64,000 bases of DNA from Azolla caroliniana (GCA_043228905.1 JBHGNT010000007.1:3534001-3598000), one strand, 5' to 3'. Shown: positions 1-14,333, counted from the first letter of the stretch. Numbers and translations: made by a program. The notes: generated by a model not told the origin, from the letters alone.

Positions 1-111
1 AGACTGCTACATTCCACAGAAATGACCGTGATAAGGCAATTATAGCACATAGACAGGGGAAAGAAATAATTAATGGACTAAGATGTCAGTGAGGATGGTT
101 GAAAAAAGCAC

Positions 112-535
112 TATCAAGAAGAACGCTGAAAACTACTGCTGATAAACAATATTGGGCACTCAAAGCTATGTCTACAACCAATGACAGTCAGCTCCTAACA
201 CAAAGTTGAAAGAAAATTTACAGTGGTTCCTGTCATCATTTTCAAATCTGTAACATCTTATGCATATCAGGATTAAGAATGAAGTGTTATACACTTCATT
301 TAGAGTTTTTATAATCACAATATTGTTTATCAAGAAGAACACTGAAAACTACAGGTGATAAACAATATTGGGCACCCAAGCTATGTCTAGCAACAATGAT
401 AGCCAGCTCCTAACGCCAAGTTGAAAGAAAATTTGCAGTGGTTCCTGTCATCATTTTCAAATCTGTGACATCTCATGCATATCAGAATTAAGAATGAAGT
501 GTTATAAGCACTTCAATTAGAGTTTTTAATGTTAT
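112..535. repeat. Two-copy tandem duplication (~210-bp unit) in a DET1 intron
   Basis: 112-318 and 328-535 both begin TATCAAGAAGAAC.CTGAAAACTAC and share GATAAACAATATTGGGCAC, GTTGAAAGAAAATTT.CAGTGGTTCCTGTCATCATTTTCAAATCTGT and ATTAAGAATGAAGTGTTATA. Confidence 0.9.
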
Positions 536-720
536 AATAGAATTCTTCCAATACCGGGTTGTTATACAAAATTGTTACAATCAGCCTATACACAATTAAG
601 TCTGTTACTTCCTCAAACCAAAATGCTTTATTTCAAATAACACAATATAAATACGTGATGGCCCACAATCTTCTCAGATAACAAGATTAGTAATAAAACT
701 GAGCTATTAACGTTGCATAC

Positions 721-3700
721 CTTTTCATCAAATTGGAAAAGAGATTGGTCAAAATATGCTGCTGGACTAAGTGACTGTGAGTTACAAGGAAGGGATCTCT
801 TGATAACCTGCAACATACCATTATTCTTTGAGTGAATTAACATTCCAGACTTAGTGAACTAGTCAATTTGCTGTAAACTTTCAAACAGGAAAGTCAATAC
901 AATTCATTCAGAACAAATGTTGTCAGTTCTGTGATGTTATTGTGATCCAGTATCAATTCAAAACTCAACAGTGTACCTGAGCAGAGCTATTGGACTTTGT
1001 ATTGTTACAAACAGTTTTCTGTTTTCTGAACTGTTGTCTTGCAAAAATATTATTTGAATATGAAGAGATAAATCTCATGTACAATGGATACGAGGGCGCA
1101 ATTCGAAAATGATCATGATAGTTCTCAAATAGTTGCAGAAGCTCTTCATAGGAGTTCTGCACCACAAAACTAAAGTAGGATGTAATATGTCCTTCCAAGA
1201 AACACATGCTATCATTGAAGAACTATGTACCCCCAAAGCAATGCAAACAGATGCAAGTACAGTACCTGGAAACCAACTATCTCTGTTGATTCAATATTGT
1301 ACACAGCAAAGAATACAGTTTGATGAGAAACATCCAAGTTTTGTGAAATCTGAAACGTGGCACAATTCCGTGTAGTTTTTGTGTTAAAAAACTGCAGTAG
1401 AGAAATCAGCAGAAAAATATACACCTCCTAATGCCAACAATAGAATGCTATCATTTCAGTTAATGATGGAAGCACCTACCACACCATCTAAGCTCCCAAA
1501 CTTGATCATCAAGTGACATCTATCCAAAAACTGCACCTGTCAGCCGAACATAAAGTGGGAGTTTCGTAAAGCAATGTCTAAAACTGATTATCAACCTGTA
1601 TGTGTGCATTCACGCTCTCTCTCTCTCTCTCCTTCGTTTCCCTGTGCTTGTTTTTACTTTTTCTTTTCACCTTTTTTTGGGTGGGGACATCTGGTGTATG
1701 AGTATTTCCTTCCAATAACCAAATCTCCCATTACCTTCCACATGACGAGATCCACATAGTGTTGGAAGTTGTAGTAAAAGCGTTTCAGCTTATTTGCTTT
1801 CTGTGTGCACAAAGATGAATTAAACATATAATCAACTAGCTGATGGTTTAGAATAGTCCTGGAGAATAAACCATCACATCGAAACAAGTTTCAGACTCAC
1901 AATAACAGGATCAGTGTCTTGGACTTCAATGCTACGGAATACATAAGATAGCAACCGTTGCTTCAACCCACCCAACAAGTGATCCCTTGTCTCACTGCGT
2001 AAGTTATCTTGGGGAGAGGCTGTAACTGCTGTTGTGGATCTACCTGGCACTGTATGTAGCATATTTGAATCCATCAAATTTGGACTCAGGTTTCCATCAG
2101 ATGTTCCTGTTGAAACACATAAATCGATGAGTGAAAAAACAATGAATTTAATTCCATTCGTTTACAATAGAAGACTGAACACCTCTAATCAAAATGATTA
2201 AACTTAAACTGATGTTCAGTAAATCACAGCTCGATCTTGCCTTCAAGAATATTGTCACTAGTAAATCTAATAATTCGATACGTAAAACTAATTATTCTCT
2301 AGGAAAAAATTCAAAATACCACTAGGTTAATCTAAATTACCAGAGGTATTTTGGTAAAGATTTAGGGGAATTCTGGTCATCTATATTAAAGTTAAGGGTG
2401 TTATAGTGTTTTCCCTTATTTTCTATTCAGACAAAATTAGAAAGATGCATTAGTTACTGCTGTAACAATTCATAAGATCCCAAAAATATTCAGTAGTGTG
2501 TCACGATAAGGAAGTTGTTTATTTCAGATCCCAAAGCATTAATCCACACCTGGAACATTTGGATTATAATCATGTGAATCGTTGAGCGTCTCAGTTAAGC
2601 CCACTCCGTTCATATGCCGCATTTCATAATCCTCGTGGCTTGACTGATCTCCAGTAGCAAAATTACTTGACAGAGAATCTATATTGCCTTTTGCAGATAA
2701 GAAACTTTTTATTTTATGTGAATTGTTGAGTTGAACTTGAAACAAAGACTCCTCCTGTTCAATTATGATCCCATATTTTATTTCACATCAGTTAGTTAAT
2801 TATTCATTATTATTTCCCATTATTAAGTAGTTTGTTAAAAAAACAACTAGAAACGAAGATATAGACCAAGCTGATATATAATGTCAAATATATATATATA
2901 ATACAGAATTCCAGCAAAACTTCCATCATGAATGTCATTCACGTTAACATGGGCCAACATTTGCTATTATTCATACGTGAATTGCCAATGTCTATGATTG
3001 GTTGCATTACCATTCTAAACAATTTCATAAATTTCAGAGTAAATGAAAGTGGAACATTCCATTAACATCTAGTAGAGGCCAGTTTATCTTATAAAAGTAA
3101 TATGTTATATTCCATATCTCCATAATATAATGAGATGAGAGTTATTAGTTATATGTTTACCCCTAGGCCATTATTCAAGCATGTTTAGAATTTCGGTATG
3201 TGAAACCAGTACTCTAGCCTGTGAATTGGATAAACTGACTTATGGTGATGACATGTGGCATTGTGGGATGGTGCTGTTAAAAGTTGAAGTGGAAGGTATG
3301 AACCAAGTAATACTTATTCATGTGGGCATTAAGATAAAAAACTTGCATCTTATCATAGGAGAGGTATGTTAATGTAACTTAATAGGGTGGAAAGCCATCA
3401 GTTATCTGCACTTATAGTTCCCAATATGTGAGGAGGTCTATTCCAATTCTCTCAAGTTTGGGTGTTCACAAGCCCTACAGAGGTGGGTTTATCATGGAAG
3501 AAAGTTTATTATCTCCAATTTCTAGGTAATATCCAATGTTCACAAGTTCTACCCAGAAGACTCCATAATTCAGGACTTGTAAGCTCTATGAAGTTTGCTT
3601 GGTCATGGAAGACATAGTTTTTTTTTAAATGTCTTGGTAAGCTGAAAATCTGCTTGTATACCTTTCTGTTGTCTGTCTCACTGCACATCATAGAAAAGGT

Positions 3701-6600
3701 CAAATGAAATCAGTTGTCAATGCATGAAAATGGTCACTATGGAAGGCTATCAAATGTCAATATCTAAAAATGGTCTCTATTGAAATTTGAAAGCCATTAG
3801 GCCTCAATATCTGAAGGAGGTATCAATAGAAAGCCATCTTTATTTCCAGAGGATTCCAAATTCCTGTACCTTATAGTATGGGAGCTGTCCAGCTCTAATC
3901 TGCTTAGTCTCCTATTCATTCCTCTCTCAACTCATGTGTTAAATCTTTTTTTGACACTGTTTTACACATGAAAGATGGAAACCCCACTTAATGGAATAGA
4001 GGGATTAGACAAGACGCCATTATTATGGATGGCTACCTAAGCACCAGAATGTAGAGGGTGGATGGCCTCCATAGTGAAGGTCGCTGTAAAGAGCGTGCTG
4101 ATGAGAAATGCAATGGCATGGCCGCTCATTTACATATGATAAGAATCAGGCAAGAGATAATTACTCCCAACACCACCAATGAGATACAGCTAATAATAAA
4201 TGACATTACACCTACTGGCAAAGGATTGACCAAACCTAATCATTCCCATGATTTATAAGGTGGCCAGCCCACAAAGAAAGAAACAAATTGGGATTTAGCA
4301 TATGAGAATCAGTTGGAAATAAATAGGTCTAGCATCCATGCTACATTTGAATAGTGGCAAGAAAGTTCAGCCTTTGAAAAATTATTCAATAAAGAACCTA
4401 AAGCAAATCACAAGTCACTAAACATGTACAGTTTCAACAAAAAAAAGAACCCCACCAATAGAGGTGATTCAATAAAGAATAGTGGTAAGAAAGTTCAGCC
4501 TTTGAAAAATGATTCAATGAGGAACATAAACCAAATCATAAGTCACTAAATATGTACAGTTTCAACAAAAATAGAACCCCACCAATCGAGGTGATTGGAA
4601 AATGATTAAATAAAGAACCTAGACCAAATCATAAGTCACTAAACATATACAGTTTCTACGAAAACAGAACCCTGCCAATAGAGGTGATTGATACATGTAC
4701 TTGTAAGGGTAACAGAAACTTAAAGAACCTAGAGCAAATCATAAGTCACTAAACCTATACAGTTTCTACGAAAACAGAACCCCACCCATAGAGGTGATTG
4801 ATACATGTACTTGTAAGGGTAACAGAAACTTGCAAAAGATATAGAAGTGTAAATGAAATGAAGATGAAACTGAAGCACAAAACGCATACATTGAGTAATA
4901 TATCTAGTCAACGTCAAATGTTGCACACATGTATGGAATCAGTGTACAGAAATTTTGTGTCTATCATCACCATGCCATTTTCTAAATGTTTCTCATAGAC
5001 ACTTGCAGTGCATAGCAATACTAGATTACGTGAAAACATACTTGAACATGGGAATTGAGAGTGAGTTCATCATCCTCTCTGCAAAAAGGCCCAATAGTCC
5101 GCACATCCACAAATATCCCTGTTTTTCTGACTTGCAGGATATGAATGGCTTGATTACGCACTGATAAAATAGAAATTAAATCATCATACATGAATATGCC
5201 AACATCTTTTATCAAATGGATGAAGTCATCATAGAACTTCTTTTCATCCATGATTTTTCCATCTCTTAACCTGAAAGTGAAAATCCAGCTTTAGGTACAG
5301 AGCTACCAAAAAAGAGAACGGCATAGAAAGAATTTTTATCAGCACCTGACAAGGTAGAACGTAATTTTCTCAATTGAAGGAATTTCTGAGACAGCTGTGG
5401 GCCTTACAGGAGTATCAGGCACTGGACGTGTGGAAGTGGCAAATATACCATAGCAATTACAGTCTGTAATGAGAAAAACATCTTTGGAAATCTGCTCATT
5501 GGGAGAGGCAAGGTTTAATGAATATAGCAGAGAGAAATAGCTCTCAAACTTTCTCCCTTTGGCGGGAACCTCTTCTAGTGTATCTGAATTGTCTCCTTTA
5601 TTGCAGTAGCTGAACCAATTGAAACGATATACAATCAAATTTTGATAGTTTCGACTAAAGCAGACTAGATACTGTCCATCATATGTAAACTTCTTAATAT
5701 GATAATCGGGATATTCTGCACCATACACCGTGTAGTTTGGAACTATATTCTCGTATAACAGTCTAGCCCTGTGAATCTGGAATAAAGAAAACAGTAACGT
5801 GAGACTTACTGCCAGCATGCATAAAAAAACATAAAATATCGTTGATAATTCCAGTAGTCTTTGTGGTTTATTAGGATCAATAACCTCATGATAAGAGAAG
5901 TACTGATCTATGTCAGATTACTAGGCAACTACTCTTAAAACCGTTCTCCCCTTTAAAGGAATGAACATTAAAATCAGCAAAAAATGAAATTTGAATTCTC
6001 CCAATTTGAACTTCCTTAGACTGACAACAGGAACGTTTCAGGATACAATCTATCCCCAACCAACCTTAATGCTTGACAAAACAAAATTGTCCCAGGATCT
6101 CTCTCCTCAGTTAAATTTTTTACTCTTTTTTTCTTGTTCCCTACTTGGATTCTGAGCACCAGCATAAAAGAAGAGATAGAAGAGATAGAAGAGATCTAAA
6201 ATTTTATAAATTTGTCTCGAGGGCAGCTCCAGGCCAGAAAACAATAGGAAGTTGGCAGGGAAACATGTGAAGCTTATTGCCAAACGAAATTGTTTCTCAA
6301 TGGAAGCAAAGAGATCAGTCCCACCCTGCTAAACTGTGACACTATGGCTAGAACTTGATATACATCCACCATGTTGGTTTTGGTACATGCAGATTTGCCA
6401 TCCAAATCATACAATGTGGCAAAAAGGTGAGTCAATCATTCCCACTCAAGCAGTTGGGAATGTTTGCAGTGTACTGGAGACATGCTAACAAAGACAAATT
6501 GAATAAATCAACAGTAAAAACATACATGAGTATTAGGAGGCCCTGTGGATATCTGGCGGCTCAACAACCGGTGCACAATGTTATCGCTCTTCCTCCACAT
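721..6600 (-). CDS. DET1: Light-mediated development protein DET1 (De-etiolated 1); 3' exons lie beyond window start
   Basis: GT-AG exons read on the minus strand: 6526-6600 (MWRKSDNIVHRLLSRQISTGPPNTH), 5346-5776 (IHRARLLYENIVPNYT...KFTYDGQYLVCFSRN...PSIEKITFYLVR), 5042-5270 (IGPFCREDDEL), 2550-2754, 1901-2106 (GLKQRLLSY), 1735-1800 (FQHYVDLVMWK), 1480-1536 (VQFLDRCHLMIKFGS), 1266-1349, 977-1156 and 721-807 (YFDQSLFQFDEK). The peptides match plant DET1 as recalled. An in-frame stop lies upstream of the ATG at 6600. Confidence 0.95.
2301..2415. mobile_element. Short Mutator-like MITE remnant in DET1 intron
   Basis: Termini AGGAAAAA...TTTTCCC are flanked by a near-perfect 9-bp direct repeat TTATTCTCT (2292-2300) / TTATTTTCT (2416-2424). 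Confidence 0.55.
4349..4830. repeat. Intronic tandem repeat, ~4 copies of a ~110-130-bp unit
   Basis: The core CAAATCA(C/T)AAGTCACTAAA...TACAGTTTC...AGAACCC...CCAATAGAGGTGATT recurs at about 4404, 4532, 4625 and 4735. Confidence 0.9.
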
Positions 6601-7586
6601 TGATGAATCCTTCCAGCTCCACCAATTCCACAAGAAATGAGATCAATAATTTGCCTTCACACCATCCTGATGATCTAATCCGTGTAGAAACTCGCGAGGG
6701 ATTGGAGATCAGGGTGCCTAAGAGCACCCCTTGCCTGTCCACCATTCCCACTTGTATCACATCTTTGTCTGTTCATCTACGAAGCTTTCCATTCACTCTC
6801 TTCACAAGATATTATCTCAAAGAAACTATGCCAGCTCCTATTCTGTTCATGTTATCTCAGAGAAATTTTACCAAGCTTTTAGGGTCATCCTCCACAAATT
6901 TTCCTTTTAGAAACCATGCCACGTCCTCTCCTGTGCCTGTTTACTGATGCAGAACCGTGAGTAAGCTAGGTATAGCTACAGCACAAAGAAGAAGTGACTT
7001 CCAATTTATCCTTCGCCAGGTCCTAATCCCTGATCAACCATGGCCGCTCCACTTCTGTTTCCAGTTTCTGATGGAGAAAATCTGCTGATCTTAGCTACAG
7101 TGTGAAGAAGAAGGTACAGAAGCACAGCTCGAATTTTGACAATCCTCGACTAAGTACTTATACCTCACAAAAAGCTCATCTCCTATTTCCCTGTTCTGGT
7201 GCAAAATCAGCAGCTTTGATTAGGGGAAGCAACAATGTGCAGAAGGAGGAAAAGAAACGGGTGAAAGTACGTCCTACAAGGACTATATTACCGTTAAGGA
7301 ACCACGACTGGAGGAATCTATGGCGCTAAGAAGGAAGAAACAGGAAACAATCCGGATTATTTTTTTTACCTAGTTTTCATTTACTGTCAGGAAGATCTTA
7401 ATCCCTGAGGAGCGACGAGACCAGCTCCTCTTTTCTCCGGGTTTCCAATTCCGTTTTTACCCTTGCCTCTTCCTTTTTTATTACCTTCTCGTATCTTCTT
7501 CTTCTGTCGCTGCTTCTGTTTTCCGGATGCAGAAATCGAGTGACATTGGGAAAAGATGCACGTCTTGAATGAAAAAGAAAAGAAAA

Positions 7587-8130
7587 GGGGGGGAGTAAGG
7601 GGGGGGGGGGGGGGGGGGGGGGGGATATGGCGTGTCGGAGAAGAGGCAGCAGGCAGGAGGCCTCAGAGATGAAAGGAAGAAGACGAAGATATGGCGCGAT
7701 GGCGAGGAAGAAGCTACGTTGATCAGACACAGAGACACAGAGACACACAGAGACAGAGACACAGAGAGAGAGAGACAGAGAGAGAGAGCGGCTATGGCGT
7801 CTGGAAGAAGCTAGAGGAGAAGCAGAAGGAGAAGGAGAAGGTAAAATTTGTTGTTGTTTTTTTGGCATATTTAGTGTGTGTGTGTGTGTGTGTGTGTTTT
7901 CCTTTGCTTTTTTGCTTTTTGCTTGAGATGCATTTTTCATTCATTTGTTTGTTTGGGGTGGATTTGCTTTTTTTGCTTTTTTTGCTTTTTTGCTTTTTTG
8001 CTTTTTTGCTTTTTTGCTTTTTGCTTGAGATACATTTTCATTCATTTGTTTGTTTGGAGTAGAGTGAGTGTGTTAGGAAGCATGGCATTCATTCATTCAT
8101 CCATTCTCTCTCTCTCTCTCTCTCTCTCTC
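7587..8130. repeat. Simple-sequence cluster upstream of DET1: poly-G run, (GACACAGA)n/(GA)n, (GT)n, (TTTTTGC)n, (CT)n
   Basis: About 26 G at 7599-7624, GA-rich repeats at 7725-7790, (GT)n at 7874-7897, TTTTTGC repeats at 7900-8025 and (CT)n at 8107-8130. Confidence 0.9.
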
Positions 8131-10517
8131 CCCTAAGCAATCAAACAAATCTCTAAAGTCTCTATGCAATGGATTGCATTTGTGTGTTGTAATGTAACCA
8201 ACCGTTAGCGTAAATGTACTTGCTCTTCTATGTGTGCTTGTCCATGAGTTCGTGTCTCCATTTATATGACTTAGGACCACTCGCTCCTCTACGTGTGTGT
8301 GTGTGTGTGTGTCTCTCTCTCTCTCGCTCTCTTTCTAGGCTCTTCATGTGTGTGTCTGCATGCATAGGATGCATGCAGGAGAAGGCAGCAAAGGAGAGCG
8401 ATTCGCCTTGTCCCCCCCCCCCCCCCCACCCCAATGGATCAAATGTGCCCATGCCTATGAATGTGTGTACAATCGCTCCTTCTCGTTAGTATAGAACACG
8501 CATATGTGGTGTGCATGCACCTGCAATAGATCGTGTGCATGTGCATGTGTGTGTGTGTGTATGTACCATATAGAAGTGCACTTGCCTTGGCCCTTGACGG
8601 CTTGATTATTCCTCTTACAATCCTTTCGGCCACACCTATTATGGCGCATCCTCGTGTCGTGCCACATCATTGCATATAATATATCATGGTGCTTTGTGAG
8701 TATATGCACAACATTATCAACATGGCTAGCACAACATATATTTTTTGTGAAAACTATGTGAAGCCAATACTCGAGTGAGAAGCATTGACTCGATAAAAAT
8801 GTTTCGTCAACATTATAACCTCGGTAATTGGCAAATAATCACGATTAACCGCATTGATTACATGCACATCACGTTTTAAAATCGTGAATCATCCATCTAG
8901 GCCACATCACGTTTTAAATCATGAATCATCGAGGCCACAGACACGTGTATGGAAGTGTTGAATATTCACGTTCATTTTTTTTTTGCAAAGTTGGAAGCAT
9001 AATTACGAGTACGTCAAACACCATTATTAAAAGTGTATACCTTTGTTTACGTGTGCATATGCATGAGCCATGTGTGCATATATCAATCATACGAAATGTG
9101 TGTAGTGAGATTCGACAACACAACACACACACACACACACATTGAATTATGAGAAACCTTTGCGACAAACTCCATTTACACATCATCCTCCAAAATCTGC
9201 GTCGATTATTGTACAACATTATCCACAAAATAAAAAAAAGTGTAATATACAATAACATGTCATTGCACATATTCAATTGAGCGGGATGTATCAATATGTA
9301 AATTATAATATTACACTTTACCATATTATCTAGAGTATAACCACCATGTTGTGGTTGGGACCTTAACGAGAGAGATACTTAATCGTGCAACACGCAGTTA
9401 TATTCACCACTAAACGAAGTATACGTCACAATATCTTGCTTTTCATGTTTTACCCGACATCGAGAACTTGTTCCTCTATCCCCCCTATCAAAGTCTTTTT
9501 ATCACCACATTCTGATACAAAAATTCGCCCAACAAAAGTTTTTGTAGATAATTGCTCTTTGACTTGATTTGCTTTTAAGCCCGAGATAAAAATGTGAACA
9601 CATGTAGTTGTATGTAAAAATATAAAGGATAGAATGTACGTGCATATAAAGGTTAAAATACTAAAAATATTTATGTGAACAAGATAAGCATCAAGTACCA
9701 AAACTATTGTCCACCATTAGATACTAGATATTATCTTGTTTGAATGAAGAAATTGAACACAATGTATACTCCTTGTCTTTTACTCATAAATGTGACGATC
9801 GCATCATATGGTAGAGGGCTCATGCTTCTAGTTAAATGGATGAACTAAAAGCTTAGTAAACAAACTTGCACCTTAATGTCCTTTCTGATCTGGGATCTAT
9901 TATCCACTCATTAAGAAGTGTTAATCACTCTATTTGTTTCAAACTTTGAGCTTTAAATCCATTGGATATTGCTTTCCCTACTATTATATGTATAGCCATA
10001 ATGTTCACTACTATTTAGGCTCAATTTTGGCAACAATATCATGTTATTCCATCTACAAAAATAATATGCCGGAAGTCATTGAAATTCATTGAAATTGGCT
10101 AACACACCTTCAATACATCTAGAAGCATGAACATGTTAGTATGGGTTTCAATAACCATCCTTATATTCATTAACTATGGGAGTGTAATTCTCATCACACG
10201 GGAATATCATGTGGTAGGCTTACACTTCAAGCACGAGACAATGTCACAAAATTCAATTGTGAGGTTAAGACAACTTCAACAAATCATATTTATCAACCAC
10301 GTTGGCTTTTCTTTTCTTCTCCTTTCTTATTGGTTATTGGCTTGATGGTTTACACTGTAGCATTAGAATCATAAATTTGAGAGAACCCAAGTTCACTCCT
10401 CACCACAGGCTAGGCCTCATCTCTTAAATCACAAATATTCTCCCACAGGGCCTAAATTTGACGGGTTACTATCAAAGTTTTTTGACGGGCATTTAAAAAA
10501 GGTGTATGTCATTAGCA

Positions 10518-10966
10518 ATGGGCACGGTTTCAGCTCAAACTGAACCAAACTGTTAAGCCATGGTTTAACGGTTTATTGGTTCCAAAAAAAATTAATGGTT
10601 TGGTTTTTTTATAAACGGTTCGGTTCTAAAACTCAGGTTTATAGGTTTTTGGTTAACTTTTTTTTAACCTCAACAGTTTATTGATTTAATGGTATATTAA
10701 TGGTTTTTTATTGATTTAATTAATTTAACTTAAATGCTTATTTAATTTAATGTATTCTTGTTTATTTAGATGTTTAATTAGTTTGACTTAAGTGGTTAGG
10801 TTTAAATTTTTTATTAAATGGTTCGGTTTGGTTTCAACTTTTCCCTAAACGGTTTGGTTTTGACTTTTTCTTAAATGGTTTGGTTAAAATACTAAGAGTT
10901 CATAAACAATTTAGCTTTAGTTTGGTTTGGTTTCTTTGCCTTGAACCCAAACCGAACCGTGCCTTA
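10518..10966. mobile_element. GGTT/AACC-rich MITE-like insertion
   Basis: Inverted termini GGCACGGTT ... AACCGTGCC with many internal GGTTCGGTT/GGTTTGGTT subrepeats. The TSD is not clean. Confidence 0.6.
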
Positions 10967-11176
10967 AGATTGCAAAAATTAACATGTCATTTGACATACA
11001 AATTTATTTTTTTTCCAAAATGAAGCTACTTTCCCATTAGTTAGGTAAGATTATTACTAAGAGACTGTACAAGGAGGCTTAAGCATAGAACGGGGAATCC
11101 CCCTCCGCTCAAGTCCTAGAAATCGAGACTAGTTACAACGCCTTTCGGACGGACTACTTAGTGTAAGTACCAACAG

Positions 11177-12060
11177 CTAAAACAATGCCCTGTACTGATG
11201 ACTAGTACGAGACAACTCTTGGGGCCGACAACAGAGGGAGGGTGGTAAGTGAGCCGGAAACAGCCAACGTGGGGGTTGGTAGTTCCACCTCGGGCCACTT
11301 CCTCCTAGTGTCACCATAGGCGTGTTCCGCCATTTCTGCCAAAAACGCAAATGGGCAGTATCCACGTCAAAGGAGTGGCTGCAAACCTCGTCCAATTGCC
11401 CTCGTAGGCAACTAATAAGCGCAAACCATATGTCCATGATCACTTCCTCCGGGGGTCGCACCAGATCCTGGAAGACCTTTAGGCAGCGCGCTTTCCATAC
11501 GTACCACACGGTGAAGCCTACGATCAACATCCAAATGTCCGGGAACCTAGGGGATGCGGACTGAAAGCCTCTCTCAAATCGAATCTTGGAGATTTTTCCT
11601 TGCATGCATACATAGCACCAACTATCCGCATTGAAGGCGTCCGTCCACCCATCACTAGAATGATCAAGCCATGCCGCAACACTCCACGATGTTGTTCCTT
11701 CCACTTCACATGCCACAAGGAGGCGAGTCACCCTATCCCATACCTTTTGAGCGTGAGGGCAATCCCATAGACAATGCCTCAGAGTCTCAATAGGTGAATG
11801 GCAAAGTGGGCAGCCTAACGGGCCGCCACGTTTACCTAGCCATTCGCCAACTGGAACCACATTATGCCCGATTTGCCACCAAAAAAACTTTATCTTTTCC
11901 GGCAAGTGGAGACGCCAGAGACCCTTCCAAAAGGTACTGAGCACCTCATCCAGGATGCCCAATGTACGCCAACCATTGCGAAGGGGGCCGTGTAGCTGTA
12001 GTTGAAAGGCTCGACCTAGTTTAGTGTTGTACTCGAAGAAATGGTGAAATCTGCCATCAT
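11177..12060 (-). pseudogene. LINE ORF2 C-terminal zf-RVT region
   Basis: WRLHLPEKIKFFWW...CPLCHSPIETLRHCLWDCPHAQKVW...WYVWKARC is the typical plant LINE zinc-binding tail. Confidence 0.85.
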
Positions 12061-12065
12061 GTTTC

Positions 12066-12623
12066 TGTTAGGGACTCGACGTTCCTTATGTCCGACGCTC
12101 GGCCACAACCGAGATTCTTTTCATACACAGAAAAACAGGTAATGAAACGCAACACAAAAGAGGAGAAATGGTACACAGGAGGTATACGTGGAAAACCCCA
12201 AAATAGGGGAAAAACCACGGCAGCCCGCAAGCTGCAAACTGTCACTATGTAGAAATATACAACAGTGAGATCACTGAGGCAACGACCTCGTGCTCTCAGA
12301 TCTTCGCCACAGGCGGCGGTTACAACAGAGGCAACGACCTCGTCTCTCTCTCTCTCTCTGTACAGTTACGCGCTCTGATTTCTTCTTCTGCACCACAACA
12401 AAGAATAACAACAAGAACGACAACTCAAACTAAAAGTTTGCCCTAAGTCATATTTATACTAATATGACTTTTCGGCTATTTACAAATGTAGCCTCGATGG
12501 GCTCCATCCGGCTCTCCGCAGTCGGGTACTCCTCATCCGGTTCATACCGTTTCGGCCTCGGCCGAGTTTGTTCGTCGGCACTGTTCTTCTCACTTCCCAT
12601 CCGGAGGGACCTGTCTACCAACA
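12066..12623. mobile_element. Solo LTR inserted in LINE ORF2
   Basis: Begins TGTTAG and ends CCAACA, with a 5-bp TSD GTTTC at 12061-12065 and 12624-12628. LINE-like sequence resumes on both sides. Confidence 0.88.
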
Positions 12624-13026
12624 GTTTCCACCTGAAATCCCCTCGGTCCCATTCTAGTTCGACGAGGGGACGACAACCATACACCCATAACTTCCAATGG
12701 GGTTCCACCTTAGCAACATCCGGGTCTGTCTTCCAGATGTTACCAACCTGTGCCACCACGCGGATAGGGTGCCAAGAGCCCCTACTCTGACTCTCCCCAA
12801 AAATCCTATCTCTTCCCGATCCACTCACGCCCTTCAGTGCCTTAACCCTTCCAGCCTCATCAAAGAGACCGAACCAAGCATCTTCTCTCACCTCCCCCAT
12901 CAGAACCCTATCAACTGCCTCAGCTAGCAATCTCCGCATTTTCATGGCTCCCTTGAGGGGAGGGGATGGGACCTCCTGGGCTCCTCCTAAAGCCATCGTG
13001 CGTCTCCAATCATCTAAAGAGTGAAG

Positions 13027-14328
13027 TCATGTTTGCGCCAACTTTCCCCATGCTAGGCCCTTAAGTTGGCCTAACATCATGTTGTCACGTGTTCGCACCT
13101 GAGGGTTCCAAAATAATGGTTGTCTAGACCACTCGGTTAGTGTCGTCGGCATGTGTTTGACCAAATGATGTCGTACGTGACACCATGCCCGCAAGATGGA
13201 GTTTGTGACCCTCTCCTCCGGAAGACAAGCCATCTTGGGTGGGACGCCGCTCGTGCAACACCAATTCAAGGAGTCGGGCCAAGGCCTACCATACTTGGGA
13301 GTCCCTGCCTGCAGCCTATTGCGGAGTAGAACCTTCCAACACCCCTTACCTGGCAGGAGGCAACGAACCACCATTTTGGCTAGCAATGCTCGACTCTGCA
13401 TTAAGGGGTCGATGAGGCCAAACCCCCCTTTGGCCCGCGGTTGTGTTAACCAATGCCATGAAACTCTGGCGGCAGCCATCGGGTTGTCCTTTCCTAACCA
13501 TATAAACCCCCTGATGGTAGCCTTAACCGCGCGCAAGCCTGAAGGGTCCATAATCCAGCACGAGACTGAGTGCCACATGGTGGCGAGCATCACTTGGTTT
13601 GCAATAAGAACCCTCCCAGCAAAGGATAGTTTAGACCTACTCCATTGGTTCATCTTCTTGCTTAGTTTGGCTTGCACATGTGACAATTGCGCTCCCTTGG
13701 GGATTGCTCTCCCCATCGTAAATCCGAGGTACTTGAATGTCGTCCTGTCAAGGACCCATGCAAAATCAGCATGGGGATGCCACCTTAGCTTCTCTTGTTC
13801 ATTGAACCAGAGGCCTTGGGTTTTATCCCAATTGATCTTGGCACCGGCAGCCTGACAAAAGTCTTCAACAAGATGTTCAGCTCGTTGTAGATTTGCATCA
13901 TCACCCTGCAAAAAAAGGACCGTATCGTTGGCATATTCAGATAATAGAAGATCCTCAGTCGCATTGGGGATGGGCAATCCCCTTAGTCCGTTGCTTGGTG
14001 CTTGTAAGAAGGCTGAGAAAGCCTCGGTTACAAAGAGATAGAGATATGGGGCTAGGGGATAGCCTTGCCTCACTGAGCGATGTAGTTGGAAGATGGGGCC
14101 CCTTGCACCAGCTACCAACACGCTACTAGTAGCAGTCTGATAGAGTGCAGAAGTGCAATTCCTCCATTGCGGGGGAAGGCCCATAGCTCTCATCACTCTT
14201 TCCAGAAAGGGCCATAACACCCTGTCGTAGGCCTTCTCAAAGTCTAACATCAGAATAGCCGAGCTCGATGCGGTGCTATCTGCCAATGCCATAACTTCCC
14301 AGAGAAGCAGCACATTGTCAAAGATACA
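13027..14328 (-). pseudogene. LINE ORF2 reverse-transcriptase domain (disabled)
   Basis: LDFEKAYDRV, SVRQGYPLAPYLY, EYANDT (YADD box with D>N), FKYLG, LSFAGRVLIANQV and AKGGFGL. Cut upstream by the copia insertion, with a stop at 13027. Confidence 0.9.
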
Positions 14329-14333
14329 CCTAC

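Noticed and set aside
3000-3700. Possible decayed LTR-retrotransposon fragment in a DET1 intron
   Set aside because: Only vague peptide hints; no termini or unambiguous motifs were readable.
7398-8156. Several overlapping 60-180 aa ORFs
   Set aside because: They are translations of microsatellites and poly-G (poly-P, SLSL, CVCV) with no domain signal.
8324-8401. Possible miRNA-like hairpin (TCGCTCTC...CTGCATGCAT-AGG-ATGCATGCAG...GAGAGCGA)
   Set aside because: Only short perfect stems in low-complexity sequence, a large asymmetric bulge, and no convincing match to a conserved miRNA I can recall.
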